This document shows positions 28,112 to 41,867 of a stretch of DNA of 64,000 bases, piece by piece (position 1 is the stretch's first letter; each line of letters starts with the position of its first letter). The DNA comes from Eledone cirrhosa (taxonomy: Eukaryota): assembly GCA_964016885.1 (NCBI GenBank), contig OZ024762.1, forward strand, positions 6,882,001-6,946,000, given 5' to 3'. Under the pieces are notes generated by a model. That model made no database searches and had not been told where the DNA came from. It saw only the letters and a program-made list of their open reading frames with translations. The translations under genes were made by a program, and so were the position numbers.

Positions 28112-28295
28112 TCTATATATATATAAAACTGAGGATGTGTGTGTGTATGTCTGCACCCATGTAACTTCTACAGCTTGCAAGAGATTTTCTTCAAATTTGG
28201 AACAAATATGCGTTATGTTCCCAGGAGTGTTTTGGACTCATAAAATGTTCAAGTTTTTGTCTAATGCGGCCCCTAGATAAATACTGGTTAGTTGG
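28112..28295 (+). mobile_element. Possible non-autonomous Helitron-like fragment
   Basis: Begins TCTATATATATAAAA followed by a TGTG tract and CAAATTTGG, a layout seen in small Helitron derivatives. The 3' end is unclear. Confidence 0.3.
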
Positions 28296-28352
28296 TTGCA
28301 TGAAACTACACACACACATGCACACACACACACACATCTATCTATCTATCTA

Positions 28353-29587
28353 GGACAGGTAAAATTCCCGAGATTCATGGACGAGTTCTCTCCAGCGGTC
28401 TCTGTCCCTCATTATCACTGCCATATCCTGCGTCTCCAACAGACCAGTGTCTGTCCTTAAGGCATTAACATATGTTAACTTTGGTCTTCACCTTCTCCAG
28501 TGTGTCCACTGAGTGCAGTGTCAACTCTGGATGTCAGTGAGCATGTCCAGCTAACCTCAGTCTCCTCTGTGTCACTTTTGAGCTGACTTTTGGGAGGCTC
28601 CCATACAGCTCTGAGTTTTTCTTCCTCAATGTATACTGATTAATGTTCAGAGCCATCCTCAGCATTCTCGTGTAGCACCCATCCACCATCTGAGTGAGTT
28701 TCTTGGTCAGTGTCCAAAGCTCAGACCCGTACAGCAGCATAGACTCCACTACAGCAACGAAGAGGCGGATCTTCAGGACTTTACGAAGGTCCGACTTCCA
28801 CACCGATCTCAAGCTGTGGCACGCTACCCAGGCTTTGCTCTTCCTCTCGACCACATCATCTTCCATATTCTCAATCTTTGCTCCCAAATACAGGAAGTCC
28901 TCAACCAATTCTAGTGGCTTCCCGCCTACATTAGTAATCCCCTCTGGCTTCTCAACATTCTCTACCAGATATTTTGTCTTAATCTCATTCATTCTCAGCC
29001 CCACACTCATCGACACAGTCTCAACCTCCTACATCAAATCCTCTGCCTCCTTCACTGTGTTTGTCACCAAAATTATGTTGTCGGCAAATTCAGCATCTGA
29101 TATCTTTTTCGCCTTAACTCTCCTGCTCTGAGCTGGTGTTACGGTAAAGCCAGAGTCCTGGTGTTTCTCCAGTGCAAGGCGCATACAATAGTCCACTACA
29201 ATGATAAAAAGGTAAGGAGCTAATATATCTCCCTGGAGCACTCCAGCCAGTAGCTCAAAGAACTCTGTCATCCCATCAGGTGTAATGACTTGGGCTTTGG
29301 TGTTGGTGTAGAGCAGTGATATCATATCAGGTCCACTATCTTCTTGGGGATTCCATAAGCCTGTAAGATCTTCATCAGGCAGTGACGGTCCACAGAATCA
29401 AAGGCCTTCCTAAAGTCAATGAAAACCATGACCGCAGGAAGGCACTTTTCTCTAGCTCCCTCTAATATCCTCCTCAGCATCAGGATGTGGCTGGTGGTTG
29501 ATCTTCCCTCTCTGAAGCCGTTCTGGTTGTCCCTGAGCTTCTTCTCCATCTCGGGCTGGATCTTGTTAAGAATCATCCTGTTGAGCG
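28353..29587 (-). pseudogene. Non-LTR retrotransposon reverse transcriptase fragment (RTE-like), frameshifted
   Basis: RT motifs QNGFREGRST, FIDFRKAFDSV, GVLQGDILAPYLF, FADN (for FADD), FLYLG, LLYGSELW and RLRLAGH occur across three frames, with an (ATAG)n tail. Confidence 0.92.
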
Positions 29588-31049
29588 TCTACCAATCAAC
29601 TTCTCTTATTACCTACAGCAGGAGTCACCACAATAATCTCAAAGTATCTTCACAACATATTTCTTTTGTTCGGGCATCAACTTCTGATGAATTAACCAAG
29701 CTATTAATGAAATAACCAAGCTAACGAATTTACTGATTAGCTAACCAAGTTACTGATGGGAAATAATTCTTACTTAATAGGTTAGTATGTATGTACGGAG
29801 CCATAACTCCTGAGAGAATTGTAGGTGTGCATTATTAACAGTGTGTCTAGGGCATTTCCTAAAACCTGGCAGAGCCCATCTCCTCTCCTGGTCTGAATAC
29901 AGCAGATTTCTTCCAGAGAAGGATAAAGAGTGAGGTAATGTAAGTGAGAAAGAGATATAGAGGAAGAATCGACCCCAGTATTTGAATGCTACTTTTTATG
30001 GATCTTAAAAGGATGAAAGGAAAAGTTGACCTCGGCAGAATTTGAACTCAGAGAGCAGAGAGTTAAAATGAATACCATAAAGCATTCTATCTGCGGTTCT
30101 AACGACTCTGTCAAGTTGCTGCCTACATATATATACATACTGGGGCAGATTGGCAGAGTTGGTTTATTCCAAACAAAGACATCCATTACCCACCATCCAT
30201 TAGCCATTCTTATCTATTTTATTCATTAAACACCAGAACAAGAAGCAGAACCTTAACGAGAAGCTGACAACACATCGTTACAGGACAATTGATATCAATT
30301 TCCTGAGTAATGTCCAGTAGCCAGGACAATAAACACTGTAAACTCAGGCAGTGTGGTGGTGTTGTCCACCAACTAGGACAATAAACGTAGCCTAGCCGAG
30401 GCAGTGTGGTGGTGTAGTTCAAGTATTTCCGTTAAAAACAATTGCTGTTTAATTCTAATGACTCGTTAGCTGTCGTTAGCTCCTAATAACACCACAATTT
30501 CTTGATAAAATTATTACTTGACAAATCAATATCTCTTATTTTTACTTCTAGTTCCGAAGTGAAATACAAAGTTTCATTGACTTCTTTGACAAAATCTGGT
30601 GTTGTTGTTGGTGGTGGTGGTAGTGGTGTTGGTGGGGGTGTTGTTGTTGTTGGTGGTGTTGTTGTTGTTGGTGATGGTGTTGCTGTTAGTGATAGTTGTG
30701 GTGTTGTTGGTGATGATGATGGTGGTGGTGTTGCTAGGGGTGTCAGTGTTATTGTTGTTGTTGTTGGTGGTGTAGTGTCAGTGTGGTTGTTGTTGGTGGG
30801 GGTAGTAGTAGTAGTGGTGGTAGTAGTAGTTAGTTTGTTAGTTATAGTTGTGTCTGTGTCATTGTTGATCAGTTAAAAATCAGCGACAGATTAAATATGA
30901 GAGAGATAATGAGACATAATCGACTGTTCGTGTGACAACATTTGATCATCTTGCATCCTTGTAGCACTTGATGAGAGAAATCGAGATTCACCAGGAAATT
31001 AAACCCATTATCCAGGAACTATCCAATTCTTTGAAATGTTTCTCTTATT

Positions 31050-31158
31050 ACATAAGCATTAGATCTCAACATAAGCATTAGATCTCAACATAAGCATTAG
31101 ATCTCAACATAAGCATTAGATCTCAACATAAGCATTAGATCTCAACATAAGCATTAGA
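31050..31158. repeat. 19-bp perfect tandem repeat ACATAAGCATTAGATCTCA
   Basis: About 5.7 identical units. Confidence 0.95.
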
Positions 31159-32719
31159 ATGTTGGATAGAAGGCTTTGGGCTATTTTTTCCCGCTCTCTG
31201 CTCCCTGAGTTCAAATCTCACCAAAGTGCTCTAACCACTAAACCATGTGCCTCCATGGTAGTGAGGGTGATAGTGGTGATAGTGGTTGTGGTGGTGGTGG
31301 TGGTGATAGTGGTGGTGTTGATAGTGGTGGTGGTGATAGTGGTGGTAGTGGTTGTGGTGATAGTGGTGGTGGTGGTTCTGGTGGTGGTGGTGTAGTGGTG
31401 GTAGTGATAGAGGTGGTGGTGGTGATTGTGGTGGTGGTGATAGTGGTAGTGGTGATAGTGGTAGTGGTGGTGGTGGTGATTGTGGTGGTGGTAGAGGTGG
31501 TGGTGGTGGTTGTGCTGGAGGTGGTGATAGTGATGATGGTGATGTTGGTGATAGTGGTGGAGATAGTGGTGATGGTGGTGGTAGTGATAGTGGTGGTAGT
31601 GGTAGTGCAGTAGAGGTGGTGGTGGTGATAGTGGTAATGGTGTTGTTGACAGTGGTGGTGGTTGTAGTGGTGGTGGTGGTGATAGTGGTGTTGTTGACAG
31701 TGGTGGTGGTTGTAGTGGTGGTGGTGGTGATAGTGGTTGTGGTGTTGTTGACAGTGGTGGTGGTTGTAGTGGTGGTGGTGGTGGTGTTGTAGTTTTGGAT
31801 GATGTTATGTATATCAAAACATAATAAAAGCTAAATTCCGATATTTAGATAGATGACTAATTGAAGCTTGTCGATCAATTGGGTCTTTATCGATCTCTTT
31901 CTTGTTGTTATTGTTGTTGTTGTTGTCGGTGGTGGTGGTGGTGGTTGTGGTAGTGGTGGTGGTGGTGGGGTGTTGTTGTTGTTATTGTTGTTATTCAAAC
32001 GTTTGGCTTGGTGTTTGTAGGTCAGACATGGAAATTATAGAGAAAAAAAAACGGAGAAAAAGTGAGATGGATAGAGTGAGTAGAGGGGGGGGGTAGATAG
32101 AGGGGGAGACAGGGTGAGGAGAGGGGAGAGGGGTGAGAGAGGGGGGTGACAGAGCAAGGAGAGGGGCGAGAGGGGGAGACAGGGCGAGGAGAGGGGAGAG
32201 GGGGTGAGAGGGGGAGAGAGGGGGTGACAGAGCAAGGAGATGGGAGAGAGAGAGGGAGACAGGGTGAGGAGAGGGGAGAGAGAGAGAGTGAGACAGTGAG
32301 GAGAGGGGGTGAGAGAGGGGTGGGGTGAGGGAGAGGGAGACACAGGGAGGGGGGGGGGGGTAGAGGGGGTGAGAAAGAGGGGGACAGAGCAAGGAGAGGG
32401 GGTGAGAGAGAGGGTAATAGAGCTAGGAGAGGGGGAGAGAGAGGGAGACAGAGCGTGGAGAAAGAGATAGGGGGGGGAGCCTTTTGTAAATAGTGATAAC
32501 AAACATATCAAAGAGAGAGAGTGAGGGTAAGGAGAGTGTTATGGAAAGGGGGGGGTGAGTGAGAGTGTGAGGGTGAGAAAGAGGGGTGCAGTAGAATTTC
32601 TTCCAAACTAATAGCAGCAAAATATTTAGGGAAATAAAAAGGCTTGGTTTAATAGAGGTATATATGTATAATACATGTGTGTGTGTGTGTGTGTGTGTGT
32701 ATATCTTTATGTAGTTGAT

Positions 32720-33113
32720 GGAGGCACATGGCTTAGTGGCTAGAGTATTGGCCTTGCAATCGAAAGGTTGTGAGTTCAATTCTCAGGCCGGGTGATGTGT
32801 TGTTTCCTTGAGCAAGACACTTTATTTCACATTGCTCCAGTTTACTCAGCTGTAGAAATGAGATGATAGGGACTGGAGTCCCTATCATTCCACTGTAAAG
32901 TTGACGTGGAGGTGCCACGGCAAAAAAGCACCCAGCCCACACTATAAAGTGGCCGTGGAGGTGCCACGGCAAAAAAGCACCCAGCACTCACTGTAAATGA
33001 GGTTGGTGTTAGGAAGGGCATCCAGCTGTAGAAATCAAGCCAGAATCAGTTCCCGTCCCACCCTTGCAAGCAGGGAAAAGTGGACGTAAAATGATGATGA
33101 TGATGATGATGAT
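32720..33113 (+). mobile_element. tRNA-derived SINE, same family as 20107 (partial copies at about 3925-4225, 12220-12760, 42550-42820 and 44760-45062)
   Basis: Near-identical to 20107-20441, with one extra internal repeat unit of about 46 bp. Confidence 0.85.
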
Positions 33114-33435
33114 GTGTGTGTGTGTATATATCTTTATGTAGTTGATGGCTCTCTGCTAACCCTGTAATGAACAGGCAAAACTCCAGGGTAACAAGACTCA
33201 CTATTCAGCCTTAATAAAATATATATATATATATCTTTGATAGGCCATGTCTAACTTAATAACACCATCCGTCAATATTTTGGACATTGTGGCCCACGCT
33301 TGTAAAGAACTGTTGTTTACAGAGACATATCCGAGTGTAGGGATAAATATATCTATCTATTGGCCCTTAATTTAGAATATGAATTCAAAATAGGTGTCAC
33401 ACAGAGCATGTGTATATATATATATATATATATAT

Positions 33436-33644
33436 AACAAAGGAAGTGGGGTAAGGAACCAGGTGGACCATAACGCACCAGAGTACTCAATACTTTGGGT
33501 AGTAGAGTGGGTAATAGGAAAAATGTTCAAGACCCCGACGGCAGAGCTCGAGCCATTTCGACGGCTATTTCTGGACCTATTTCTGGTCCAGAAATAGCTG
33601 TCGAAACGGTTTGAGCTCTGCCGTCGGGGTCTTGAACATTTTCC

Positions 33645-33646
<2 letters not shown>
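33436..33646. mobile_element. Family A fold-back element (diverged subfamily)
   Basis: Same body and inverted end as the 6979 and 26267 copies, with TA flanks. Confidence 0.75.
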
Positions 33647-33678
<32 letters not shown>

Positions 33679-33762
33679 AAAGGTAAACAGAAATAACAAC
33701 ACAATCGGTACAGTATATGGAAGGGATATATTAGGTTAATGCTTGATATAGCAGGAAGAAGG

Positions 33763-33798
33763 TCTTAACATTTTGGACGCTAGTCCTTCATCAGAAGA
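33763..33798 (-). ncRNA. Degenerate hammerhead ribozyme (GAAA mutated to AAAA)
   Basis: Minus strand reads TCTT-CTGATGA-A-GGAC-TAGC-GTCC-AAAA-TGTT-AAGA. Helices I and II are intact and core G12 is lost. Confidence 0.55.
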
Positions 33799-34529
33799 AA
33801 GAATGAGAAATAAGATAGATTGAGGGGACGAGCGGGGTCGAATTGGAAATAAATGTCTTTAGATAAAAATAGTGTCAGGTTGCTCTTGAGTGCTACTGGT
33901 AACATGTAACCCAATACAACCTGTCTCATGGTCGGTAACTAAACTGGCAACCCCACCAAGCTTGCTTGGTGAGGAGGGTGATATCTGGACACCCTTTGGT
34001 ATGAAATACAAGACACGGCAAAGGGCGGATGACCTCGGCAGAGCCAATGATCACCCAAATAGTACTTTTTTTTTGTTTCACCTGGGAGTGAAAGGCCCCC
34101 AGTTGTTATCACAATACCTTTCTAAGAGAAGGGAACTCTAAAAAAAAAAACCTGTGGCTTCGGAAGCATCCGATGATCAGTTCTTGCTCAAGGAAACAAC
34201 ACATCACCCGGTCTGAGAATTGAACTCACAACCTTTCGATTGCAAGCCCAATGCTCTAACCACTAAGCCATGCGCCTTCATATATGTATATATATATAAT
34301 TGTTTCTACTTTAGGCACAAGGCCAGCAATTACCCAGTGCATTACTGGTACTTTATTTTATCGATAATATATATGTATATATATATCTGTCTTTCTTCTA
34401 CTATATATGTATATGTGTGTGTATATATACTGGTATGTATGTTTATATATACCTCCAATATAGATATATATGTATATAAATATAATATATATCTGTGTGT
34501 GTATATATCTGTGTGTGTGTGTGAATGTA

Positions 34530-36162
34530 CAGTGGTGGTAGTGGTAGTGGTGGTTGTGGTGGTGGTGGTAGTGGTGGTGGTGGTGGAGGTTGTGGTTGTG
34601 GTGGTGGTGGTAGAGGTGGTGGTGGTGGTCGTGGTGGTAGAGGTGGTGGTGGTGGTGGTGGTGGTGGTGGTGGTGGTGGTGGTAGAGGTGGTGCTGATGG
34701 TGGTGGTGGTAGAGGTGGTGGTGGTGGTGGTGGTGGTGGTAGAGGTGGTGGTGGTGGTGGTAGAGGTGGTGGTTGTGGTGGTGGTGGTAGAGGTGGTGGT
34801 GGTGGTGGTGGTGGTGGTGGTGGTAGAGGTGGTTGTTGTGGTGGTGGTGGTAGAGGTGGTGGTGGTGGTGGTGGTAGAGGTGGTGGTTGTGGTGGTGGTA
34901 GAGGTGGTGGTGGTGGTGGTGGTAGAGGTGGTGGTGGTGGTGGTGGTGGTAGAGGTGGTGGTGGTGGTGGTGGTAGAGGTGGTGGCTGTGGTGGTGATGG
35001 TAGAGGTGGTGGTGGTGGTGGTGGTAGAGGTGGTGGTGGTGGTGGTGGTGGTGGTGGTGGTGGTGGTAGAGGTGGTGGTGGTGGTAGAGGTGGTGGTTGT
35101 GGTGGTGGTGGTGGTGGTGGTGGTAGAGGTGGTGGTGGTGGTGGTAGAGGTGGTGGTGGTGGTGGTGGTGGTAGAGGTGGTGGTAGAGGTGGTGGTGGTA
35201 GAGGTGGTGGTGGTAGAGGTGGTGGTGGTGGTGGTGGTGGTATGGTGGTTGTGGTGGTGGTGGTAGAGGTGGTGGTTGTGGTAGAGGTGGTGGTAGAGGT
35301 GGTGGTGGTGGTGGTTGTGGTGGTGGTGGTAGAGGTGGTGGTGGTGGTAGAGGTGGTGGTGGTGATGGTCGTGGTGTAGTAGTGGTGGTGCTGGTGGGCT
35401 TAGTATAGTAGTGGTGTTGGTGTTGTAGTGGTGGTGGTGGTGGTGGTGTAGGCATGATGCTCAGTTAACAACAGTAACAGCAACAACAGTAGCAACAGCT
35501 ACAAGCCAACAGTAGAGCAGAGGTGGTGGGTGCGGTGGTAAGAGAGATAAGCAAACTCCCTCCCACCACTACCACACCCTCGGAATCAGTTAAGTGTGAG
35601 AGTGAGGGAGGATAAATAGATAGGAGAGAGAAGGAGATTGATAGATAGAGAGAGAGAGAGAGATAGAAAAGGAAAGAGAAAGAGGAGAGAGAGTGAGAGA
35701 TATAGTGAGAGATAGAAAGGGAAAGAGGAGAGAGAGAGGGAGAGATAGAAAGGGAAAGAGAAGGAGAGAGAGAGTGAGAGATAGAAAGAGAAAGAGGAGA
35801 GAGAGAGAAAGTAGAAAAGGAGAAAAGAACAACAAAAAGAAAAACGGTGAGATGGAGTGTGGAACGATGCTGAGAAGCTAATGACTGCTACTACTGCTGC
35901 TGTTGCTGCTACTACTGCTGCTGCTACTACTGCTGCTGTTGCTGCTACTGCTGCTGCTACTACTGCTGCTGCTACTACTACTGCTGTTGCTACTACTGCT
36001 ACTACTGCTACTACTATTATTACTACTACCACCACCACCACCACCACCATCATCACTACTACTTACTATTACTACCACCACTACTACTACTACTATTACT
36101 ACTACTACTACTACTACAACTACTACTACTACTAGAACCACCACCACCACCACCACTACTAG

Positions 36163-36203
<41 letters not shown>

Positions 36204-36451
36204 GAACCACCACCACCACCACCACTACTAGTACTACTACTACTACTAGAACCACCACTACTACTACTAGAACCACCACCACTACTAGTACTACTACTAC
36301 TAGAACCACCACTACTACTAGAACCACCACCACCACCACTACTACCACTACTACTACTACTACTACTACTAGAACCACCACCACTACTACCACTACCACT
36401 ACTACTAGAACCACCACCACCACCACTACTACTAGTACTACTACTACTAGA

Positions 36452-36482
<31 letters not shown>

Positions 36483-36755
36483 GAACCACCACCACCACCA
36501 CTACTACCACTACCACTACTACTAGAACCACCACCACCACCACTACTACTAGTACTACTACTACTAGAACCACCACTACTACTAGAACCACCACCACCAC
36601 CACCACTACCACTACTACTACTACTAGAACCACCACCACCACCACCACCACCACTACTACCACTATTACTACTACTAGAACCACAACCACCACCACTACT
36701 ACCACCACCACTACTACCACTACCACTACTACTAGAACCACCACCACCACCACTA

Positions 36756-36788
<33 letters not shown>

Positions 36789-37020
36789 GAACCACCACCA
36801 CTACTACCACTACCACTACTACTAGAACCACCACCACTACTACCACCACCACTACTACCACTACTACTACTACTAGAACCACCACCACCACCACCACCAC
36901 CACTACTACCACTATTACTACTACTAGAACCACAACCACCACCACTACTACCACCACCACTACTACCACTACTACTAGAACCACCACCACCACCACCACC
37001 ACCACTACTACTACTATCAC
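34530..37020. repeat. Compound triplet microsatellites (GGT/GGTAGA; GA-rich; CTA/CCA/AGA)
   Basis: Directly visible. These are the source of the poly-V/G/H/T pseudo-ORFs. Confidence 0.95.
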
Positions 37021-37062
37021 TGGAACAGTCAACAGTTACTGCTGCAAGATGTAAATGACAAG

Positions 37063-38208
37063 ATGGTAGTTTTTCGCAGGATGCTCACCAAAAACATCAC
37101 CTCTGTCTCTGGTACTAAATATTGGCAAACCTACAACAACAACACTAACTACAACAACAACACTATCAGCAACAACAACAACAGTAACAACAACAGTAAC
37201 AACAACAACACTATCAGCCACAACAACAGTAACAACAACAGTAACAAGTACAGTAACAACAACAAGAACAGTAACAACAACAACACTAATAACAACAACA
37301 ACAGTATCAACAACAACACTAACAACAATAGCAAGACTGACAACACTAACAACAGTAACAACAACAGTAACAACACTAACAATAACAGCACTACCAACAA
37401 TAGCAACACTAACAACACCACCACCACCACCCCTAACAACACCAACACCACCACCACCACTAACAACAACAACACCACCACCAACAACACCACTAACAAC
37501 AACAACACTACCACTAACACCACCACCACCACCACCACCACTAACAACAACAACACCAGCAGCAATGAGGATGGTGATTTAATATATTTACCTGAAGGAT
37601 ACCTGATGAATTGGACATTACCTGGACAGGTGACATATCACAACAGCAATCATCATCATCATCTTAATTGTAACAACACAAGCCTTACACCACACAACAA
37701 TAACAAAAACAGCAACAGCAACTATCATAACAACAACAACAACAAAAATAACAACAACAACAACAACAACAATAAAAACTACAACCATAATAATACCAAC
37801 AGCAACAACAATATCAACAACAACAACAATACTACCACTACTACTACTACTACTACTACTAATAATAATAATAATCGAAACAACAGTAGCCATACACAAC
37901 ACAAGACCAACAATAACAACAATAACAACAATAACAACAACAACAAACAGAACCGAAACAACAATAACAACAATAACAAACAGAACCACAACAATGTCAT
38001 CAATAACAAAAGATGGGGCAGAGTTGAAAGAGACAAAAGTGACAGCAGAAGCAATTCTTTAGGTCATCTTTTCATTTGCAGACGTTATAATTCTGTTAAT
38101 TATAAATATTTGTTAATTAGTGTGATTGTCCTCTTGGAGATTCTAAATGTTGGATGTTATTCTCATATCAAAACGGACTGCCAACTTAGCTGTGAAACCA
38201 ACAGTCAG
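37063..38208 (+). CDS. Putative first coding exon of a secreted or membrane protein with a long Asn/Thr-rich leader; possibly a ROS1/Sevenless-type receptor tyrosine kinase
   Basis: A 382-codon open frame runs through AAC repeats and non-repetitive islands (EDGDLIYLPEGYLMNWTLPGQ; RWGRVERDKSDSRSNSLGHLF). The start has a good Kozak context (caagATGG). It contains a hydrophobic segment YLLISVIVLLEILNVGC, then HIKTDCQLSCETNSQ, and ends at a strong donor CAG|GTAAGA (GT at 38209). The ROS1 identity rests only on a short motif resemblance. Confidence 0.6.
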
Positions 38209-38726
38209 GTAAGAGAGAAACTTCCTATCACCTACAACTTCTCATATTTAAAACAATGTATATATAATATATACAATATATATATATATATAATATATAA
38301 AAATTGTAAAAATTGTAAAAATTATCTCCTGTGATTATTCATGTTTATATTTATTTATATATGTTGATCAATTTCTAGTTATTATATAATATATATATTA
38401 TTTAATTTTTATATATATATGTATATGTTTATGTATATATTTACATATGTATATGCATATATATATATATATATTTATATATGTATGTGCACATATATAT
38501 ATTAATGTGGCCATGTAGGTAACACGGTAAAACCCTCCCAGTCCACACTGTAAACGTGGTTGGTGTTAGGAAGGGCATCCAGCCGTAGAAAACCCGCCAG
38601 GCAGTCCTATATGAGCAAGACAACCAATCTTGCCTCAAGTGGGAAAACTCCCGTCCAAACCCATGCAAGCGTGGAAGATGGACGTTAAACGATGATGATG
38701 ATGATGATATATACACACACACACGG

Positions 38727-38758
<32 letters not shown>

Positions 38759-39030
38759 GATATATTTGATATATCTCATATGAAATAATACAGCCAATTA
38801 TCCACACAATACAATTAGTTAGCACTCCGAACGTTTAATTAGGAATATACTCAGGTATTTCCTAATGTTTGTTGAGTGAGTTGGAATTTGGCCGGAGTAT
38901 CGCTATTAGCTTTCTCCGTTTATGTATTTATATATATATTTATATACATATATATATATTAATACATATGTATATTTATATATGAATGTGCATATATATA
39001 TACATCTCTCTCTCTCTTTCTCTCTCTCCG

Positions 39031-39074
<44 letters not shown>

Positions 39075-39132
39075 AATATATATCCAAACCCATCCTAGCA
39101 TGGAAGATGGATGTTAAACCATGATGATGATG

Positions 39133-39164
<32 letters not shown>

Positions 39165-39437
39165 GGAGGGTCATATTGTTATAATATTGCCAGAAATAAT
39201 ATAATAATAATAATAATTGTTTCTACTTTTGGCACAAGGCCAGCAATTACCCAGTACATTACTGGTACTTTATTTTATCGACCCCGTAAGGATGAAAGGC
39301 AAAGTTAACCTCGGCGGGATTTGAACTCAGATCGTAAAGGGACGTAACTATGCTGGAAAGCATGTCTGACCCTCTACTGATACTGCCAATTCACCAAAGT
39401 TAACCTCAGCAGGATTAATAATAATAATAATAATAAT

Positions 39438-39468
<31 letters not shown>

Positions 39469-39589
39469 GTATTGCATTTAAACATCTCTTTTACTTTAAT
39501 CAGATTAAAGTGAAAGGTGTTTTTTAAATACCACTCTACACATTTCCATGTTGATATTGTACACACATACATTTCTATGTGTGTGTGTG

Positions 39590-39642
<53 letters not shown>

Positions 39643-39771
39643 ATATATATACATATATATATGTATGTATGTATGTATATATATATACATATATATATAT
39701 ATACATACGTGTATATATATACATATATATATATATATATACATATATATATGTATATATATACACGTATG

Positions 39772-39806
<35 letters not shown>

Positions 39807-39807
<1 letters not shown>

Positions 39808-39894
39808 ACGAAGGAAATGTGGTAAGGAACCAGGTGAGTCCAGAATTAGCCGTCGAAACGGCTTCAGCTCAGCTGTCGGGGTCTTACTGGTTCC

Positions 39895-39895
<1 letters not shown>
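39807..39895. mobile_element. Family A element, internally deleted
   Basis: AACGAAGGAAATGTGGTAAGGAACCAGGTG is joined directly to AGTCCAGAATTAGCCGTCGAAAC... inside a long (TA)n tract. Confidence 0.7.
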
Positions 39896-39927
<32 letters not shown>

Positions 39928-39981
39928 GTATATATGTACATATATATATATATGTATATATATATATATGTATATATGTAC

Positions 39982-40013
<32 letters not shown>

Positions 40014-40064
40014 GTATATATATATGTATATATATATATGTATATATATATGTATATATATATG

Positions 40065-40096
<32 letters not shown>

Positions 40097-40162
40097 CATA
40101 CGTGTATATATATACATATATATATATATATACATATATATATGTATATATATACACGTATG

Positions 40163-40202
<40 letters not shown>

Positions 40203-40364
40203 TGTATATATGTACATATATATATATATATGTATATATATATGTATGTATATATATATATGTATATATGTACATATATATATATATATATGTATATATA
40301 TATGTATGTATATATATATGTATATATATATATGTATGTATATATATATGTATATATATATATG

Positions 40365-40403
<39 letters not shown>

Positions 40404-41806
40404 CTGTCCCATATTGCACTTCTCAGCTGTGTTATGTTTAATTATTTCAATTCTAGTTAATGTTTTCAACTGAGTTAGACAAAGGTGGGGAGCATAACCA
40501 CTATAATCCCTCCCCCACCCCATCATCATCCCCACCATCATCACTGCCACCACCCTCATCACCATCACCACCTACACTACTGTCACCACCACCAGCACCA
40601 TCACTGCCCACACCACCACCACCAGCATCATCATCACCGTAATCTCCAACACCACCAACATCACAATCACCACCAGCACCACCACCAGCACCACCAGCAC
40701 TACCACCACCATCACCACCATCACCACCACCACCAGCACCACCAGCACTACCACCACCATCACCACCATCACCACCACCACTACCACCATCACCGCCACC
40801 ACCATTGTTGTAGCGACTGTCAACTCCCAGCTAAATAATTGAAGTGAAGGTCAACTTTGATTTTCGTCCTTCTAGGGTCAATGAACTCCAGTCCTGGAAC
40901 TGGGGTCGATTTAATCAAAGTTACACTCCCCTACCAAAAAATTGCTGGCCTTTATGCTCAAACTAGGGACCATTGAAAAGAGCATGAAAGTGATTTGTGG
41001 TATTTAGTTATTACCCTTTATATACACACATATATTCAAAATAAGGGGCGCACAGGAGAAAGACAATGGAAAAAATAACTGAAAGACAAACAGTCCATTC
41101 TCCTCAGCCAACCTCTGGAAATCATTATGGTTTTGGTAATTCAAAGTCAATACCATTCATTCCACTGCACATTGGGACACAACAAAACAGGTAGAAACAT
41201 GTTATGTCTTTCTGCGAATTATCTAAATATAGAAGGAGAGAACAGGGTGTGAGAGCTTAGCCAAAGGAAAATAAAATATAGAAAAGAAGGAAATAGTAAA
41301 ACAGAAGAGACTAATAGGGGCTGTGGTCCAACATACAGATAAAGTTGAATAACAGTGAGGCATAGAAAAGGTAAGAAGGGAGAATAGCAGAAGGCAGACA
41401 AGGTAAAATGATACAGATCGAACCTACCCGTCTCAATGATCGGCAGCTTGATGGACCCTTTAAAATGCTATAAGAAAATGGGTAGGATCAATACAGATCG
41501 AACCTTGAGCCGATCAGTGGTGAAACGCGTGTCACCTACCAATAAATGTAATGAAGGAGTAACCAATTGTCCTTGTTATCCTTTCAATATATTACACTCT
41601 GTCTAGCTCTACACCTCAACACAGAAGTGAACCTAAACATCGAGTGCTCTCCTGGGTGAACCTGCAGTAACTCCAAGTTACACCCCCTGGATATATATAT
41701 ATATATATATATATGAAGTATTTCCGTCAGAAAGGTATGAAAAAAGAGTGCTCTATGTAGGCTACAGAGCTTATTAGTTATGTAATAAACAACATAAGAT
41801 AATTAT

Positions 41807-41867
41807 TTCATTTACCAGTGGTTTCTTGAAGGCAGATGTTATGTCTGTCTTCAGTCGTCAGAATGAA
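41807..41867 (-). ncRNA. Type I hammerhead ribozyme (family H)
   Basis: Minus strand reads TTCATT-CTGACGA-C-TGAAGACAGA-(loop)-TCTGCCTTCA-A-GAAA-CCA-C-TGG-TA-AATGAA. Helix I is 6 bp, helix II is long, helix III is near-palindromic (ACCACTGGT), and the triplet is GUA. Confidence 0.85.

Noticed and set aside
34220-37054. Poly-V/G/H/T/L ORFs of 280-385 aa
   Set aside because: Pure triplet repeats open in several frames, with no non-repetitive coding islands or splice support.
39505-40473. Long YI/IY-rich ORFs (also 13264-13735, 25659-26337, 58183-58835 and 60275-61081)
   Set aside because: These are translations of (TA)n/(CA)n microsatellites, which lack stop codons.
41495-41545. GAAACGCGTGTC, a possible hammerhead 3' half
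   Set aside because: There is no CTGANGA upstream and no second copy in the window to support it.
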